Shown here: one piece after another, positions 48,408 through 57,919 of the stretch
Layout: the number at the start of each line of letters is the position of its first letter
How positions within the stretch are numbered: position 1 is the stretch's first letter
NCBI GenBank assembly: GCA_963792825.1
Contig: CAWBXS010000001.1
Location: forward strand, 47,436 to 111,435
Length of the DNA stretch: 64,000 nucleotides
Direction of reading: 5' to 3'
Source: an uncultured delta proteobacterium
GTDB lineage: Bacteria; Myxococcota_A; Polyangia; Polyangiales; Houyiibacteriaceae
Translations under genes and position numbers: made by a program
The notes under the pieces: generated by a model
Database searches by the model: none
Seen by the model: the letters and a program-made list of their open reading frames with translations, nothing else
What the model was told of the DNA's origin: nothing

Positions 48408-49360
48408 TGGCGGCGTTTCGCAAGAGAAGCCTCCTCGATGTGGACGGGCTGACGCGAGCCGACGTCGAACGGATCCTGGACACGGCCGAGGCTTTCCTTC
48501 AGGTATCGCGCCGCCCCGTGCGAAAGGTTCCGACGCTTCGCGGCAAGACGGTAATCAACCTCTTCTACGAGGCATCCACGCGTACCCGGACGTCGTTCGA
48601 GCTCGCCGGAAAGCGGCTGAGCGCAGATGTCATCAACATGAGCGTGTCCTCGTCGAGCGTCGGAAAGGGCGAGACACTTCAAGACACCTGCCGAACGCTC
48701 GAGGCAATGCATCCCGACGTGGTCGTCATCCGGCATGGTGCTTCAGGAGCGGCGCACTACGTCGCCTCGAAGATCGACTGCAGCGTCATCAATGCAGGTG
48801 ACGGGATGCATGCTCATCCGACGCAAGCGCTACTGGATGCGTTCACCATTCGGCGCGAGAAGGGAACGCTCGAGAACTTGGTGGTCACCATCGTTGGCGA
48901 CATCGCACACTCGCGCGTTGCGCGCTCCAACGCCCACCTGCTCAAGCTGTTCGGCTCAGAGGTGCGAGTCGTCGGTCCGCGCACGTTGCTTCCTGCGGCT
49001 GCCGACTCTCTCGGCGTTCGGGTGTTCGACCGGCTCGAGGAGGCGCTCGACGGCGCCGACGTGGTGATGGTCCTCCGCATTCAGCGAGAACGGCTGACCG
49101 GAGCGCTTCTGCCGAGCTTTCGCGAGTACGCCCGCACGTTCGGCATCGGTCCGCGGACTCTCCGGTATGCCAAGCCCGATGCCATCGTCATGCATCCGGG
49201 GCCGATGAACCGAGGAATCGAAATCGAAAGTCTCGTCGCCGACGGCGAACGGAGCGTCGTTCTCGAACAGGTCGAGGCTGGAGTCGCCATACGGATGGCG
49301 CTTCTCTATCTGCTCACCGGCGAGTCAGCGGAGTCGCCCGATGTCGGCGAGGACGATTGA
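48407..49360 (+). CDS. pyrB: Aspartate carbamoyltransferase catalytic subunit
   Basis: [53 protein letters not shown] and HPGPMNRG. Confidence 0.96.
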   Translation: MAAFRKRSLLDVDGLTRADVERILDTAEAFLQVSRRPVRKVPTLRGKTVINLFYEASTRTRTSFELAGKRLSADVINMSVSSSSVGKGETLQDTCRTLEAMHPDVVVIRHGASGAAHYVASKIDCSVINAGDGMHAHPTQALLDAFTIRREKGTLENLVVTIVGDIAHSRVARSNAHLLKLFGSEVRVVGPRTLLPAAADSLGVRVFDRLEEALDGADVVMVLRIQRERLTGALLPSFREYARTFGIGPRTLRYAKPDAIVMHPGPMNRGIEIESLVADGERSVVLEQVEAGVAIRMALLYLLTGESAESPDVGEDD

Positions 49361-50532
49361 GCGACGTTCGCACCGGCCTAGACCGAATCGCGCAGGGTGA
49401 CTCCGATGCGGTTCGTTTGATCGCCGGCCGAAGGGTGGGGTTACTGGCTCACGCTGCGAGCGTCGATCGAATGCTCCGCCCGGCGGCTTCGATCCTGCAA
49501 GGGGCGGGCGCAAACGTTTCTGCGCTTTTCGGTCCCGAGCACGGATTCGCAGGTGCCGCTCAGGACATGGTTGGAGTGCGAACGCACGACGCGGCCGAAG
49601 TTCCAATCTATTCGCTCTATGGGGACCACGTCGAGGACTTGAGTCCGAAGCCGGAATGGGTGCGTGGGCTGGACGCCATCGTCATCGATCTGCAGGATGT
49701 GGGATCGCGCTACTACACGTACGCGTGGACTGCTGCGCTCACGATGAAAGTTGCAGCGGCGGTCGGGACCGACGTGGTGCTCCTCGATCGGCCCAACCCG
49801 CTCGGGGGCGCACGCGTCGAAGGTGCTCCCCAACGCGCCGGATATCTCTCGTTCGTGGGGTTGTATCCAATCGCGGTGCGGCACGGTCTCACCATCGCGG
49901 AGCTCATGCTATGGGTCCGCGATCGTGAGCAGATCGATCGAGACGTCTTGCATGTCGTCCCGATGGACGGTTGGAAACGCTCGATGGAGTGGAAAGACAC
50001 GGGTCTGCCCTGGGTCATGCCGTCGCCGAACATGCCCACCCTAGACACGGCCACGGTGTATCCCGGCGGATGCCTCATCGAAGGCACCGAGCTTTCCGAG
50101 GGACGAGGTACGACGAGGCCCTTCGAGCTTTGGGGTGCCCCAGGCCTCGATGTGCGGCATCTTCTCGAGCTCGATCTCCATGGTGTCACGCTCCGCTCGC
50201 TCGAGTTCACACCGACGTTCCACAAGCATGCCGGTCTTCGTTGCTCGGGGGTGCAGGTGCACGTGACCGATCCGTGGGTGTTCAGGCCGTATGAAACTTA
50301 TCTGCGCATGCTTGCCATTGCACTCTCTACGTATCCGAGCGAAGGGCGCTGGCGCACGGAAACCTACGAGTTCGTCTCCGATCGTCCTGCGATCGATCTG
50401 CTCACCGGTGGTCCCGAGTTTCGCCTTGCCGTCGAAGCCGGTGCGTCGCTAGACGAAATGCTGAGGGAGCAAGCTCGCGGTGCAGCGAAGTTCGATGACG
50501 AACGCCGAGAGGCGTGGCTCTACGAGAAGTGA
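49357..50532 (+). CDS. namZ: DUF1343 exo-beta-N-acetylmuramidase (NamZ family)
   Basis: [38 protein letters not shown] and [11 protein letters not shown]. No obvious signal peptide. Confidence 0.9.
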   Translation: MSDVRTGLDRIAQGDSDAVRLIAGRRVGLLAHAASVDRMLRPAASILQGAGANVSALFGPEHGFAGAAQDMVGVRTHDAAEVPIYSLYGDHVEDLSPKPEWVRGLDAIVIDLQDVGSRYYTYAWTAALTMKVAAAVGTDVVLLDRPNPLGGARVEGAPQRAGYLSFVGLYPIAVRHGLTIAELMLWVRDREQIDRDVLHVVPMDGWKRSMEWKDTGLPWVMPSPNMPTLDTATVYPGGCLIEGTELSEGRGTTRPFELWGAPGLDVRHLLELDLHGVTLRSLEFTPTFHKHAGLRCSGVQVHVTDPWVFRPYETYLRMLAIALSTYPSEGRWRTETYEFVSDRPAIDLLTGGPEFRLAVEAGASLDEMLREQARGAAKFDDERREAWLYEK

Positions 50533-51470
50533 CGGAAGCCGGTTCGTTCGATTTCGATTGGTCGACCGGTTGGGCTGATGACCCGCACGCCAGAGCCTGC
50601 GATGATTTCTCCGATCTTCGTCCCCAAGGCCGCCGCTTCGGGCGATTCAGGGGCGGTGGACATCAGCTCGTAGTCTTCGCCGCCGGTCAGTGCGAGCATG
50701 ATGGGATCTAGCCCTAGTGCTTCACAGGTGGCTTGGTAGCCGGGTGCCATCGGAATCGCATCAGCATACAGCCTCGCGCCCACTCCGGAGGCCACGCAGA
50801 CGTGCTGGAGGTCTTGCACGCAACCATCCGAAACATCGACTGCTGCAGTTGCCAGGTTCGCGACCAGCTTCGCCGTGTGACCGTTAGTCGGCGGCCGTTT
50901 CCATCTCTCGATGAAGCGCGCGGCGCCTTCCAGGTCTCGTGCACCAGCCTCCAGGAGAGCGAGTCCGAGCGCGGCTCCGCCGAGTGTTCCCGTCACGTAG
51001 ATCGAGTCGCCTGGGTGAGCTCCGCGACGGGTCACCGACTCGGCGATGGGCAGCCCGAAGACGGTCGTCGTGATCGACAACGCGCGGCCCTGGCTTAGAT
51101 TGCCTCCGATGACGCGCGCCCCGGTGGTGCTCGCCGCCTCCGCGAGGCCTTCGATCAACTCGTGGAAGTCGGGGTCAGGGAAGTCCGCGGGGAGTGTGAG
51201 CGCGAGCACTGAGGCGCTCGGTAGGCCGGCCATCGCCCAAACGTCGCTCACCGCCGCGACCAAGGCGCGATACCCGAGGTCGCGGAGGGAGATGAGGTCG
51301 CGTCGAAAGTGGACGTCTTCCACCTGCGTGTCGACCGTGACGATGGTGGGCCGGTTTCCGAAGTCGATCACCGCGGCGTCGTCTCCGATCCCGACGACGA
51401 CCTTCTTCGAGTCGCCATCGAGCTCGAAACGCCTTTTCAGCCATTCGATTTTGGCGAACTCATCGTCCAT
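50520..51470 (-). CDS. thiL: Thiamine-monophosphate kinase
   Basis: Start MDDEFAKI at 51470; GIGDDAA, EDVHF, AVSDVWAMAG, IGGNL, YVTGTLG, DVSDG and GGEDYEL. Confidence 0.93.
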   Translation of the reverse strand: MDDEFAKIEWLKRRFELDGDSKKVVVGIGDDAAVIDFGNRPTIVTVDTQVEDVHFRRDLISLRDLGYRALVAAVSDVWAMAGLPSASVLALTLPADFPDPDFHELIEGLAEAASTTGARVIGGNLSQGRALSITTTVFGLPIAESVTRRGAHPGDSIYVTGTLGGAALGLALLEAGARDLEGAARFIERWKRPPTNGHTAKLVANLATAAVDVSDGCVQDLQHVCVASGVGARLYADAIPMAPGYQATCEALGLDPIMLALTGGEDYELMSTAPESPEAAALGTKIGEIIAGSGVRVISPTGRPIEIERTGFRHFS

Positions 51471-52872
51471 CGTCGCCCGCGGCGGGAAGCATGACCGTGA
51501 ACAACGTGCCCTCACCAGGCACGCTGGCCACCTCGATCTTCCCACGATGCCCGTCCACGAGCTGCTTGACGATCGATAGCCCCAAGCCGGCGCCCCCGTG
51601 GGCTCGGGTGGTGCCCGAATCGATCTGGTAAAACGCGTCGAAAATCCTCGGGAGCTTATCCTCGGGTATGCCTAGACCCGTGTCACGCACCGTCAGGACG
51701 ACCGCCGGTCGACCGGGTGGCGCGAACAAGGCGGCGCCAAGCCCCGAGGGGCCTTCGGCTTCCAGCTGTCCGGGTTCCACTCCCAGCACGACCTCGCCGC
51801 CCTCGCGCGTGAACTTCAGAGCGTTGTCGGCCAGGTTGATCAGAATTTGCCGAAGCCGAACCGGATCTCCCCAAATCTTCGGCGTCCCGTCCGTCACCTG
51901 GATGTCGAGCGCGATGTTGCGACGGTTCGCGTGAGGAACGATCGTCGAGCCGACGTCCGAGAGCAAAGCCCGAGGATCGACCGCCTCGTAATGAAGCTTC
52001 AGGTTCTTTGCTTCCAGACGACCGAGGTCGAGGAGGCTGCTGATCAATCCGAGAAGCTGGTCAGCCTTGCTACGAATCGTCTTGAGGAGGTCCGCTTGGC
52101 CGTCACTCAGTGCGCCTGCCGCACCGCTTTCGAGCATCTCGGCATAGCCGATGATCGAAGTCAGCGGGGTTCGAAGCTCGTGGCTCACGGTGGCCAAGAA
52201 CGTGGACTTGAGCTGATCGAGCTGTTTCAGCTCGTCGTAAGATGTCTTCAGCGCTTCATTCTTCTCCGCGAGCTCTCGGTAGTTTTCCCGAACGTTCGCG
52301 ATTTGCATCGTCGATGCCAGGTGGGCGCGATGGCCGGAAAAGACGAGCAGCTCCAGTACGCCCTTCAGATGAGAGCAGAGCTCCCCTGCGATGTCTTCGC
52401 GTACGCGCGGCATTCGTTGGAAGTGCTCGCGCGCCGTCGGGCCATCGATCCCCTCGTCGACGGAGGTCAATGACGCCGGTGGGGCGCCGGCCTCTGCCGG
52501 CACGTAAGGTCCCACGATCAATCGGCCGATGATACGCCCTTGATAGGCGAGAGGCACGATTCGATAGACCGCTCCGGTGAAGCAAGGGTGCACGATGACC
52601 CCGTTGTCCGGCTCCAGGTCTCGAACGATTCCGACGGTGCGCGCACATTCACGCTCGCCCCCACTGAAGGTGTTGAGATAGCTGCACAAGGGGCGATCAC
52701 GATGCACGTCGGCGAGCAGATCGCCCTCGTGCGAGATGACGCGGACCGGAAGCCCAAACAAACCAAAGAACGACTTCGCAACGGACGTCACCGAATCGCG
52801 CCTGAGCACATCCTCGAGGCGTACTACGTCGCCCATCAGAATGTCAGCCGCATTGGTATCGTCCCGCGTCAT
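51460..52872 (-). CDS. Cytoplasmic sensor histidine kinase with N-terminal PocR-like sensor domain
   Basis: PocR-like FGLPVRVI...LCSYL...ECA...HPCFTGAVYRIVPL...IGRLIVGPY; H-box VSHELRTPLTSI; N-box NLADNALKFT; G boxes DTGLGI and GAGLGL. No TM helices. Confidence 0.88.
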   Translation of the reverse strand: MTRDDTNAADILMGDVVRLEDVLRRDSVTSVAKSFFGLFGLPVRVISHEGDLLADVHRDRPLCSYLNTFSGGERECARTVGIVRDLEPDNGVIVHPCFTGAVYRIVPLAYQGRIIGRLIVGPYVPAEAGAPPASLTSVDEGIDGPTAREHFQRMPRVREDIAGELCSHLKGVLELLVFSGHRAHLASTMQIANVRENYRELAEKNEALKTSYDELKQLDQLKSTFLATVSHELRTPLTSIIGYAEMLESGAAGALSDGQADLLKTIRSKADQLLGLISSLLDLGRLEAKNLKLHYEAVDPRALLSDVGSTIVPHANRRNIALDIQVTDGTPKIWGDPVRLRQILINLADNALKFTREGGEVVLGVEPGQLEAEGPSGLGAALFAPPGRPAVVLTVRDTGLGIPEDKLPRIFDAFYQIDSGTTRAHGGAGLGLSIVKQLVDGHRGKIEVASVPGEGTLFTVMLPAAGDDGR

Positions 52873-53543
52873 CGTTCTGCTCCGCTTGGATCGTGTTTCA
52901 GTCTCGATTCCACATCCTTCATGAACCTGCGAGGGTTGATCCCGAAGCTCTGTTCGAGCTGGTGCGCCTCCTCCAGCTTGTTCCAGGTCTCGCGAATCAA
53001 TCCGCGGAGCGTTTGCATGACGCCATAGCCTCGCGTCGCCACTGCTTTGTAAATCGTCTCGCGGCTCTGATTTGCAATCGCCTCGAGCTCTTCGTCCGTC
53101 CGGATGTCTTTCATGTCGCGCTTGTTGAACTGAATGACTATCGGAACGCGGTTTGGGTCGAGCCCGGCTTCCTGAAAGTTCTGTTTGAGATTCGCGAACG
53201 ATTCCCGGTTTGCGTCCGCCTCACTGCGTTGGGAGTCTGCGATGAAAGCGACGCCGTCGGCGGCTTGCAAGACGAGCCGACGGGTTGCGTTGTGCATCAC
53301 CTGTCCTGGAACCGTGAAAAGCTTCAGCCGGACTTTGAGACCCGTCTCCGAGCTCACGGTGATCGGGAGCATGTCGAAGAACAGCGTTCGGTCGTTTTGC
53401 GTTTCGAGTGTCATCAGCTCGCCGCATGCACTGGAGGTCCCGAGCCAGTGAATCGCTCGCAGGTTGGTCGTTTTGCCGCTGAGCGCCGGGCCGTAGTAGA
53501 CCAGCTTCACCGTCAGTTCTTTCGCCGCGAAATCTATCTGCAT
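52869..53543 (-). CDS. MglA-like small GTPase (no adjacent MglB; SofG-like)
   Basis: KLVYYGPALSGKTTN, DRTLFFD, TVPGQV, DGVAFIADSQ, FNKRD and AVATRG. Start MQIDF at 53543. Confidence 0.9.
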   Translation of the reverse strand: MQIDFAAKELTVKLVYYGPALSGKTTNLRAIHWLGTSSACGELMTLETQNDRTLFFDMLPITVSSETGLKVRLKLFTVPGQVMHNATRRLVLQAADGVAFIADSQRSEADANRESFANLKQNFQEAGLDPNRVPIVIQFNKRDMKDIRTDEELEAIANQSRETIYKAVATRGYGVMQTLRGLIRETWNKLEEAHQLEQSFGINPRRFMKDVESRLKHDPSGAER

Positions 53544-53574
53544 GCCGAGTCGCGAATCCAATCATTGCGGCGGG

Positions 53575-53928
53575 CTACCCTCGCATGAAGAGCCAAACCC
53601 CCGCCCCCATCAACACCAACATGATAAAGAAGGCGACCCATGTCAGCGTCCTTTTGTGCTCGGTGACGGCGGGTTTGACCCGCGTGTCCTGAAGCTGTTG
53701 CGCCGCGAGCACGATCAGGTTGTCGATCTGCTTCGACGCTTCCCCACGGCGGTCCGGGTCGTTCTCACGCACCTCCCGGTAACGTTTTCCGGCCTCGGGA
53801 AGTCGATCGAGGGCGACACAGACGGCGACAAACCTCCGATGTGCCTCGATGTTTCCCCACTCGGCCTCGACCTGCGTCCACGCTTCGTCGATCGGATCCA
53901 CCGGCAAAAAGGGTAGCACGGCCGCCAT
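53575..53928 (-). CDS. Small hypothetical protein with C-terminal TM anchor
   Basis: MAAVLPFLPVDPIDEAWTQVEAEWGNIEAHRRFV..., ending in the hydrophobic segment LTWVAFFIMLVLMGAGVWLF. Lies just upstream of the GTPase gene. Confidence 0.65.
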   Translation of the reverse strand: MAAVLPFLPVDPIDEAWTQVEAEWGNIEAHRRFVAVCVALDRLPEAGKRYREVRENDPDRRGEASKQIDNLIVLAAQQLQDTRVKPAVTEHKRTLTWVAFFIMLVLMGAGVWLFMRG

Positions 53929-54122
53929 GTGACAAAATGGGCTTATCCATGGAAATAAAATGCCAGTCACGCCCTCGCGCGCCGGCCCAGGAACACCGAG
54001 CCAACCCCGGTGCGTTGGCCGGAATGGGAGCAATGCCTCCCACCTCGAATCCCCCGCTCGAGCGTTGGGCTGCCCATCACGAAAAACCTATTGAATTCTA
54101 TCACTTGGCCTGCAGAAAGAAG

Positions 54123-54193
54123 TTGACATCGGATGAGCCGGCACCGTAGTTTCCGGCCTTAGTGGGAACCTGTGGGATCAAGTGCCATCCCAC
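54123..54193 (+). promoter_or_regulatory. dcw (mraZ) promoter with MraZ boxes
   Basis: TTGACA (54123-54128), 18 bp, TAGTTT (54147-54152). Then GTGGG at 54162, GTGGG at 54172 and GTGCC at 54182, with the 10-bp period typical of MraZ operators. Also an inverted copy ATCCCAC at 54187-54193. Confidence 0.8.
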
Positions 54194-54217
54194 AGCCGCT
54201 GACGTGAAAGGGTTCGT

Positions 54218-54670
54218 TTGTTCCGAGGACGTTACGAGCACAGCATCGACGGGAAGGGCAGAACCTCGGTTCCGTCCCGCTTCCGCGAGGTGATGACCGC
54301 AGGGGGCGACTCGAAGCTCGTGCTGACGACCGGGTTGGATGCGTGTCTCGTCGCCTATCCGATGGCCGAGTGGCTTGCGTTCGAGAAGCGGCTCTCGGAG
54401 CTTCCGCGGTTCGATACGGATGTGGTCACACTCAAGCGCATCTACGTATCGGGCGCGGTCGAATGCGAAATCGACAAGGTCGGGCGACTCCTCATCCCCG
54501 CAGCGCTTCGCAAGCACGCTCGCCTGCAGCGCGATGCACTCTGGGCGGGAATGGGAGCCTACATCGAGCTGTGGGCCAAAGAGAGCTTCGAAGACCTTCG
54601 TAACGAGGCGCTGAGCGATCAGGATCGTCGTTTGGGGATCGCCAAACGGTTAGCGGAGCTCGGTCTGTGA
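54218..54670 (+). CDS. mraZ: Division/cell-wall cluster transcriptional repressor MraZ
   Basis: TTG start; FRGRYEHSIDGKGRTSVPSRFR, CEIDKVGRLLIP and IELW. Confidence 0.95.
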   Translation: MFRGRYEHSIDGKGRTSVPSRFREVMTAGGDSKLVLTTGLDACLVAYPMAEWLAFEKRLSELPRFDTDVVTLKRIYVSGAVECEIDKVGRLLIPAALRKHARLQRDALWAGMGAYIELWAKESFEDLRNEALSDQDRRLGIAKRLAELGL

Positions 54671-55557
54671 TCGGGTTCGATCACATCCCTGTCTTGCTCG
54701 AGCAACTCGTGGAGCAGCTCGCACCCGTGGCGGGCGGTGTCTATGCCGACGTCACGGTGGGCGGCGGAGGCCATGCTCGTGCGATCCTCGAGCGCAGTGC
54801 GCCGGATGGACGTCTGATCGGGACGGATCGCGACCCGAATGCGCTCGACGCAGCAGCAATCGCCCTCGCGGGATTCGGTAATCGCGTCACGCTCCGCAAA
54901 GCGCGGATGCGCGACCTTCGCAGCGTCTTGAGCTCGCTCGACGTCGAGCGAGTGGATGGCGTCGTTGCGGATCTCGGCGTCAGCTCCGCTCAGCTCGATG
55001 GCGCCGAGCGAGGCTTTTCATTGGCCAACGATGGACCGATCGACATGCGCATGGACCCAACCGAAGGGGAAACCGCATTGGATCTCATCGGCCGTTGCGA
55101 TGCTGAAGAGCTCGCCAACGTGATCTATCGGTACGGCGAGGAGCGACGTTCCCGAAAGATCGCGCGCGGCCTGCGACGCGCATACGAGAACGGCGAGCTC
55201 GAAACCACGGCTGACCTGCGCCGCGAGGTGCATCGGGCCGCAGGGCCTCGCCGTGGACGAATCGATCCCGCGACGAGAACGTTCCAGGCGCTCCGCATCG
55301 CCGTCAACGAAGAGCTCGACGAGCTCGAATCGTTGCTCGAACAGGTTCCCGATGTGCTTCGACTCGGCGGCGTCATCGCCGTCATCAGCTTTCACTCGCT
55401 CGAGGACCGGATCGTCAAACACGCATTCCGAGACAGCGAGCGCCTCTTGCCGTTGACCAAGCGTCCGATCATCGCTTCGGATGACGAACGCAAAGACAAT
55501 CCGAGGGCACGTAGTGCCAAGCTCCGTGCCGCTCGGCGGGTAGGGGTGTCTGCGTGA
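54667..55557 (+). CDS. rsmH: 16S rRNA m4C1402 methyltransferase
   Basis: HIPVLL, DVTVGGGGHA, DLGVSSAQLD, DMRMD, FQALRIAVNEEL, FHSLEDRIVK and NPRARSAKLR. Confidence 0.96.
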   Translation: MIGFDHIPVLLEQLVEQLAPVAGGVYADVTVGGGGHARAILERSAPDGRLIGTDRDPNALDAAAIALAGFGNRVTLRKARMRDLRSVLSSLDVERVDGVVADLGVSSAQLDGAERGFSLANDGPIDMRMDPTEGETALDLIGRCDAEELANVIYRYGEERRSRKIARGLRRAYENGELETTADLRREVHRAAGPRRGRIDPATRTFQALRIAVNEELDELESLLEQVPDVLRLGGVIAVISFHSLEDRIVKHAFRDSERLLPLTKRPIIASDDERKDNPRARSAKLRAARRVGVSA

Positions 55558-55859
55558 AGGGCCGCTTTTTGCCGCTCTGGTGTGTTGCAGTCTTCGCGAC
55601 GGCCGCTGCGTTCGTCGTTCACTTGGCGATTCGCTTCGAGACCGTTCGGCTCGGGTACGAGGTCAGTGAAGAGCGCGACAGGCAACTCGAGCTTCTACAA
55701 GATCGGCGACTACTGTCCATCGAGGCCGCGACACTCCGACAAAGTGGTCGCATCGAGACGATCGCGCGGGGAAGCCTCGGCATGGAAGTCCCCAAACCCA
55801 CCCGCATCGTCACCATGAAAGAGGAATCGAACCGCGGGGCCGCGGGGAGGGTGCGGTGA
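55554..55859 (+). CDS. ftsL: Cell division protein FtsL
   Basis: Single TM helix plus coiled coil, ending RIETIARGSLGM. Lies between rsmH and ftsI. Confidence 0.82.
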   Translation: MKGRFLPLWCVAVFATAAAFVVHLAIRFETVRLGYEVSEERDRQLELLQDRRLLSIEAATLRQSGRIETIARGSLGMEVPKPTRIVTMKEESNRGAAGRVR

Positions 55860-57919
55860 AGAATCGGCGCCAGACTTGGTTTCGTGCACGGGTCGCGCTG
55901 CTCGGCGTGTGCGTGGTGTGCGTGGCAGCGGTGGTGCTCGTCCGTGCGTTCCACCTGCAAATCGCGACGGGCGACCGCTTGCGCGAGATGGCGGAAGGTC
56001 AATACCTTCGCGAGCTACGGGTCTCGCCTCGAAGAGGGGCGATTTACGATCGGCACGGTGCCGAGCTCGCGGTCAGCGCTGATGTCGAAAGCGTCTACGC
56101 CAACCCACGTCGCCTCAAAGCGATGGACAAAGACCCTCGAATGGTGGCGAGGCAGATCGCACGCATTCTCGATGTCGATCCCACGCAACTCGCGAAGCGC
56201 CTCGCTGCCAATCGCTACTTCGTCTGGATCGCGCGACGGATCACGCCTCACGAGGCCAAGCGCATTCGCGAGCTAGACATCCCGGGCGTCGAGCTGGCGA
56301 CGGAGGCCAGACGTTACTACCCGAACCGGCACCTCGCGGCTCATCTCTTGGGCTTTGCAGACATCGATGGACGAGGCATCGAGGGGATCGAGCTCGCATA
56401 CGAGGACAAGCTCCGTGGCTCGGACCGACGGGTTGCGGCGATCCGAGACCGCCGAGGTCAAGTCGTCTTCGCGGATGACCTCGAAGACGATCGATCGATA
56501 CAAGGCCAAAGCATCGTCCTGACGATCGACAAGGCAATACAGCACATCGCAGAGCGAGAGCTCGCGTTGGGAGTGCGAACCTTCGAAGCGCGCGGAGGAA
56601 GTGTCGTCGTGATGGATCCGTCGACCGGCGAAATTCTCGCGCTTGCGAATTATCCTCCCTTCAACCCGAACGAGCCATCCAAGCACCCAATCGCGAGCAG
56701 GCGAAATCGTGCCATCGTGGACCGCTTCGAACCGGGTTCGACCGTGAAGCCGTTCACCATGGCTGCGGCCCTGGCAGCTGGGACCGTGAAGCCAAATCAA
56801 TCCATCAACTGCGAAAATGGTGTTACGCGCCTCGGTGGGCGCCTCCTTCACGACGCCCATCCCTACGAGTGGCTGACACCCACCCAGATTCTCGCCTACT
56901 CGAGCAACATCGGAACCGCGAAGATCGCCCTCAGCCTCGGCAAGAAGGACCTGTTCAGAGCCCTTCGGCGCTTCGGGTTTGGAGAGCCCACGGGCCTTGG
57001 AGTCCCCGGCGAAACGGCGGGCATTCTGCGGCACTACAGGAGCTGGTACGAGATCGACACCGTTGCGGTGTCGTTTGGCCAGGGCATGAGCGTGACGAAC
57101 GTGCAGTTGGCGACCGCGATGAGCGCGATTGCAAACGGCGGGCAATTGATGCAGCCGACCCTCGTTCGTCGACTGACCGACGGGCACGGTGCCACGATCG
57201 AGGAGATCCATCCGCGGGTTCGGCGCCAGGTGGTTCCGAGACGGGTCGCCAAGCTGGTAGGGCAAATGCTCACGGCGGTCACCGAGCCCGGCGGAACCGC
57301 GATCGAGGCGGCGGTCGACGGTTACTTGGTCGCGGGCAAGACCGGCACCGCTCAAAAGGCCGACTACCTGCATGGCGGATATGCGAAGGACAAGTGGCTC
57401 GCATCGTTCGTCGGATTCGCCCCGGCAGAGCGGCCCGCAGTCGTGATTTCGGTGGTCATCGATGAGCCCGTGATCGCCCACTACGGTGGAACCGTCGCTG
57501 GTCCGGTCTTCAGGCGAATCGCCGAGGTCACGCTTCGCCACATGGGGATCGCGCCCGAAGGCAGACGAGCGGTCCTGACCGAGAAGAAAGAAGAGCGGGC
57601 CGAGGCCGTCGAGGCGGAGCCGGCTCGCGAGCAGGAAGCGGTCGAAAAGGGCGAGAGCGCCGTTCCCGACGTTCGCTCGCTTCCTCTGCGGCAAGCGGTC
57701 GTTGCTTTGCACGCCGAGTCTCTGGTCCCGGAGGTGGAGGGCTCTGGAGTCGTGGTCGCGCAAGACCCCTCGCCCGGCAAAGCGGTTCCGCATGGCGCCG
57801 TGGTTCGTATCCGGCTCGAACGACGGCGCTTCGAGACCGACGCCAGCGAAACCACGGTTCGGTTTGGGCCCGACAAGACGCTCACCGCCGCGTTACCGCG
57901 GAGACCGCATGCGCCGTGA
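55856..57919 (+). CDS. ftsI: Class B penicillin-binding protein FtsI with C-terminal PASTA domain
   Basis: RRGAIYDR, FEPGSTVK (SxxK), YSSN (SxN), SFGQG, GKTGT, and PASTA-like VPDVRSLPLRQA...QDPSPG. Confidence 0.95.
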   Translation: MKNRRQTWFRARVALLGVCVVCVAAVVLVRAFHLQIATGDRLREMAEGQYLRELRVSPRRGAIYDRHGAELAVSADVESVYANPRRLKAMDKDPRMVARQIARILDVDPTQLAKRLAANRYFVWIARRITPHEAKRIRELDIPGVELATEARRYYPNRHLAAHLLGFADIDGRGIEGIELAYEDKLRGSDRRVAAIRDRRGQVVFADDLEDDRSIQGQSIVLTIDKAIQHIAERELALGVRTFEARGGSVVVMDPSTGEILALANYPPFNPNEPSKHPIASRRNRAIVDRFEPGSTVKPFTMAAALAAGTVKPNQSINCENGVTRLGGRLLHDAHPYEWLTPTQILAYSSNIGTAKIALSLGKKDLFRALRRFGFGEPTGLGVPGETAGILRHYRSWYEIDTVAVSFGQGMSVTNVQLATAMSAIANGGQLMQPTLVRRLTDGHGATIEEIHPRVRRQVVPRRVAKLVGQMLTAVTEPGGTAIEAAVDGYLVAGKTGTAQKADYLHGGYAKDKWLASFVGFAPAERPAVVISVVIDEPVIAHYGGTVAGPVFRRIAEVTLRHMGIAPEGRRAVLTEKKEERAEAVEAEPAREQEAVEKGESAVPDVRSLPLRQAVVALHAESLVPEVEGSGVVVAQDPSPGKAVPHGAVVRIRLERRRFETDASETTVRFGPDKTLTAALPRRPHAP

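Noticed and set aside
53929-54217. Possible ncRNA (e.g. RNase P RNA, often upstream of mraZ); short hairpins GCCAAC/GTTGGC and TGGGAG/CTCCCA
   Set aside because: The rnpB signatures (GAGGAAAGUCC, AAACCCGGCUUA-like) are absent. The region is adequately explained by divergent promoters and MraZ boxes.
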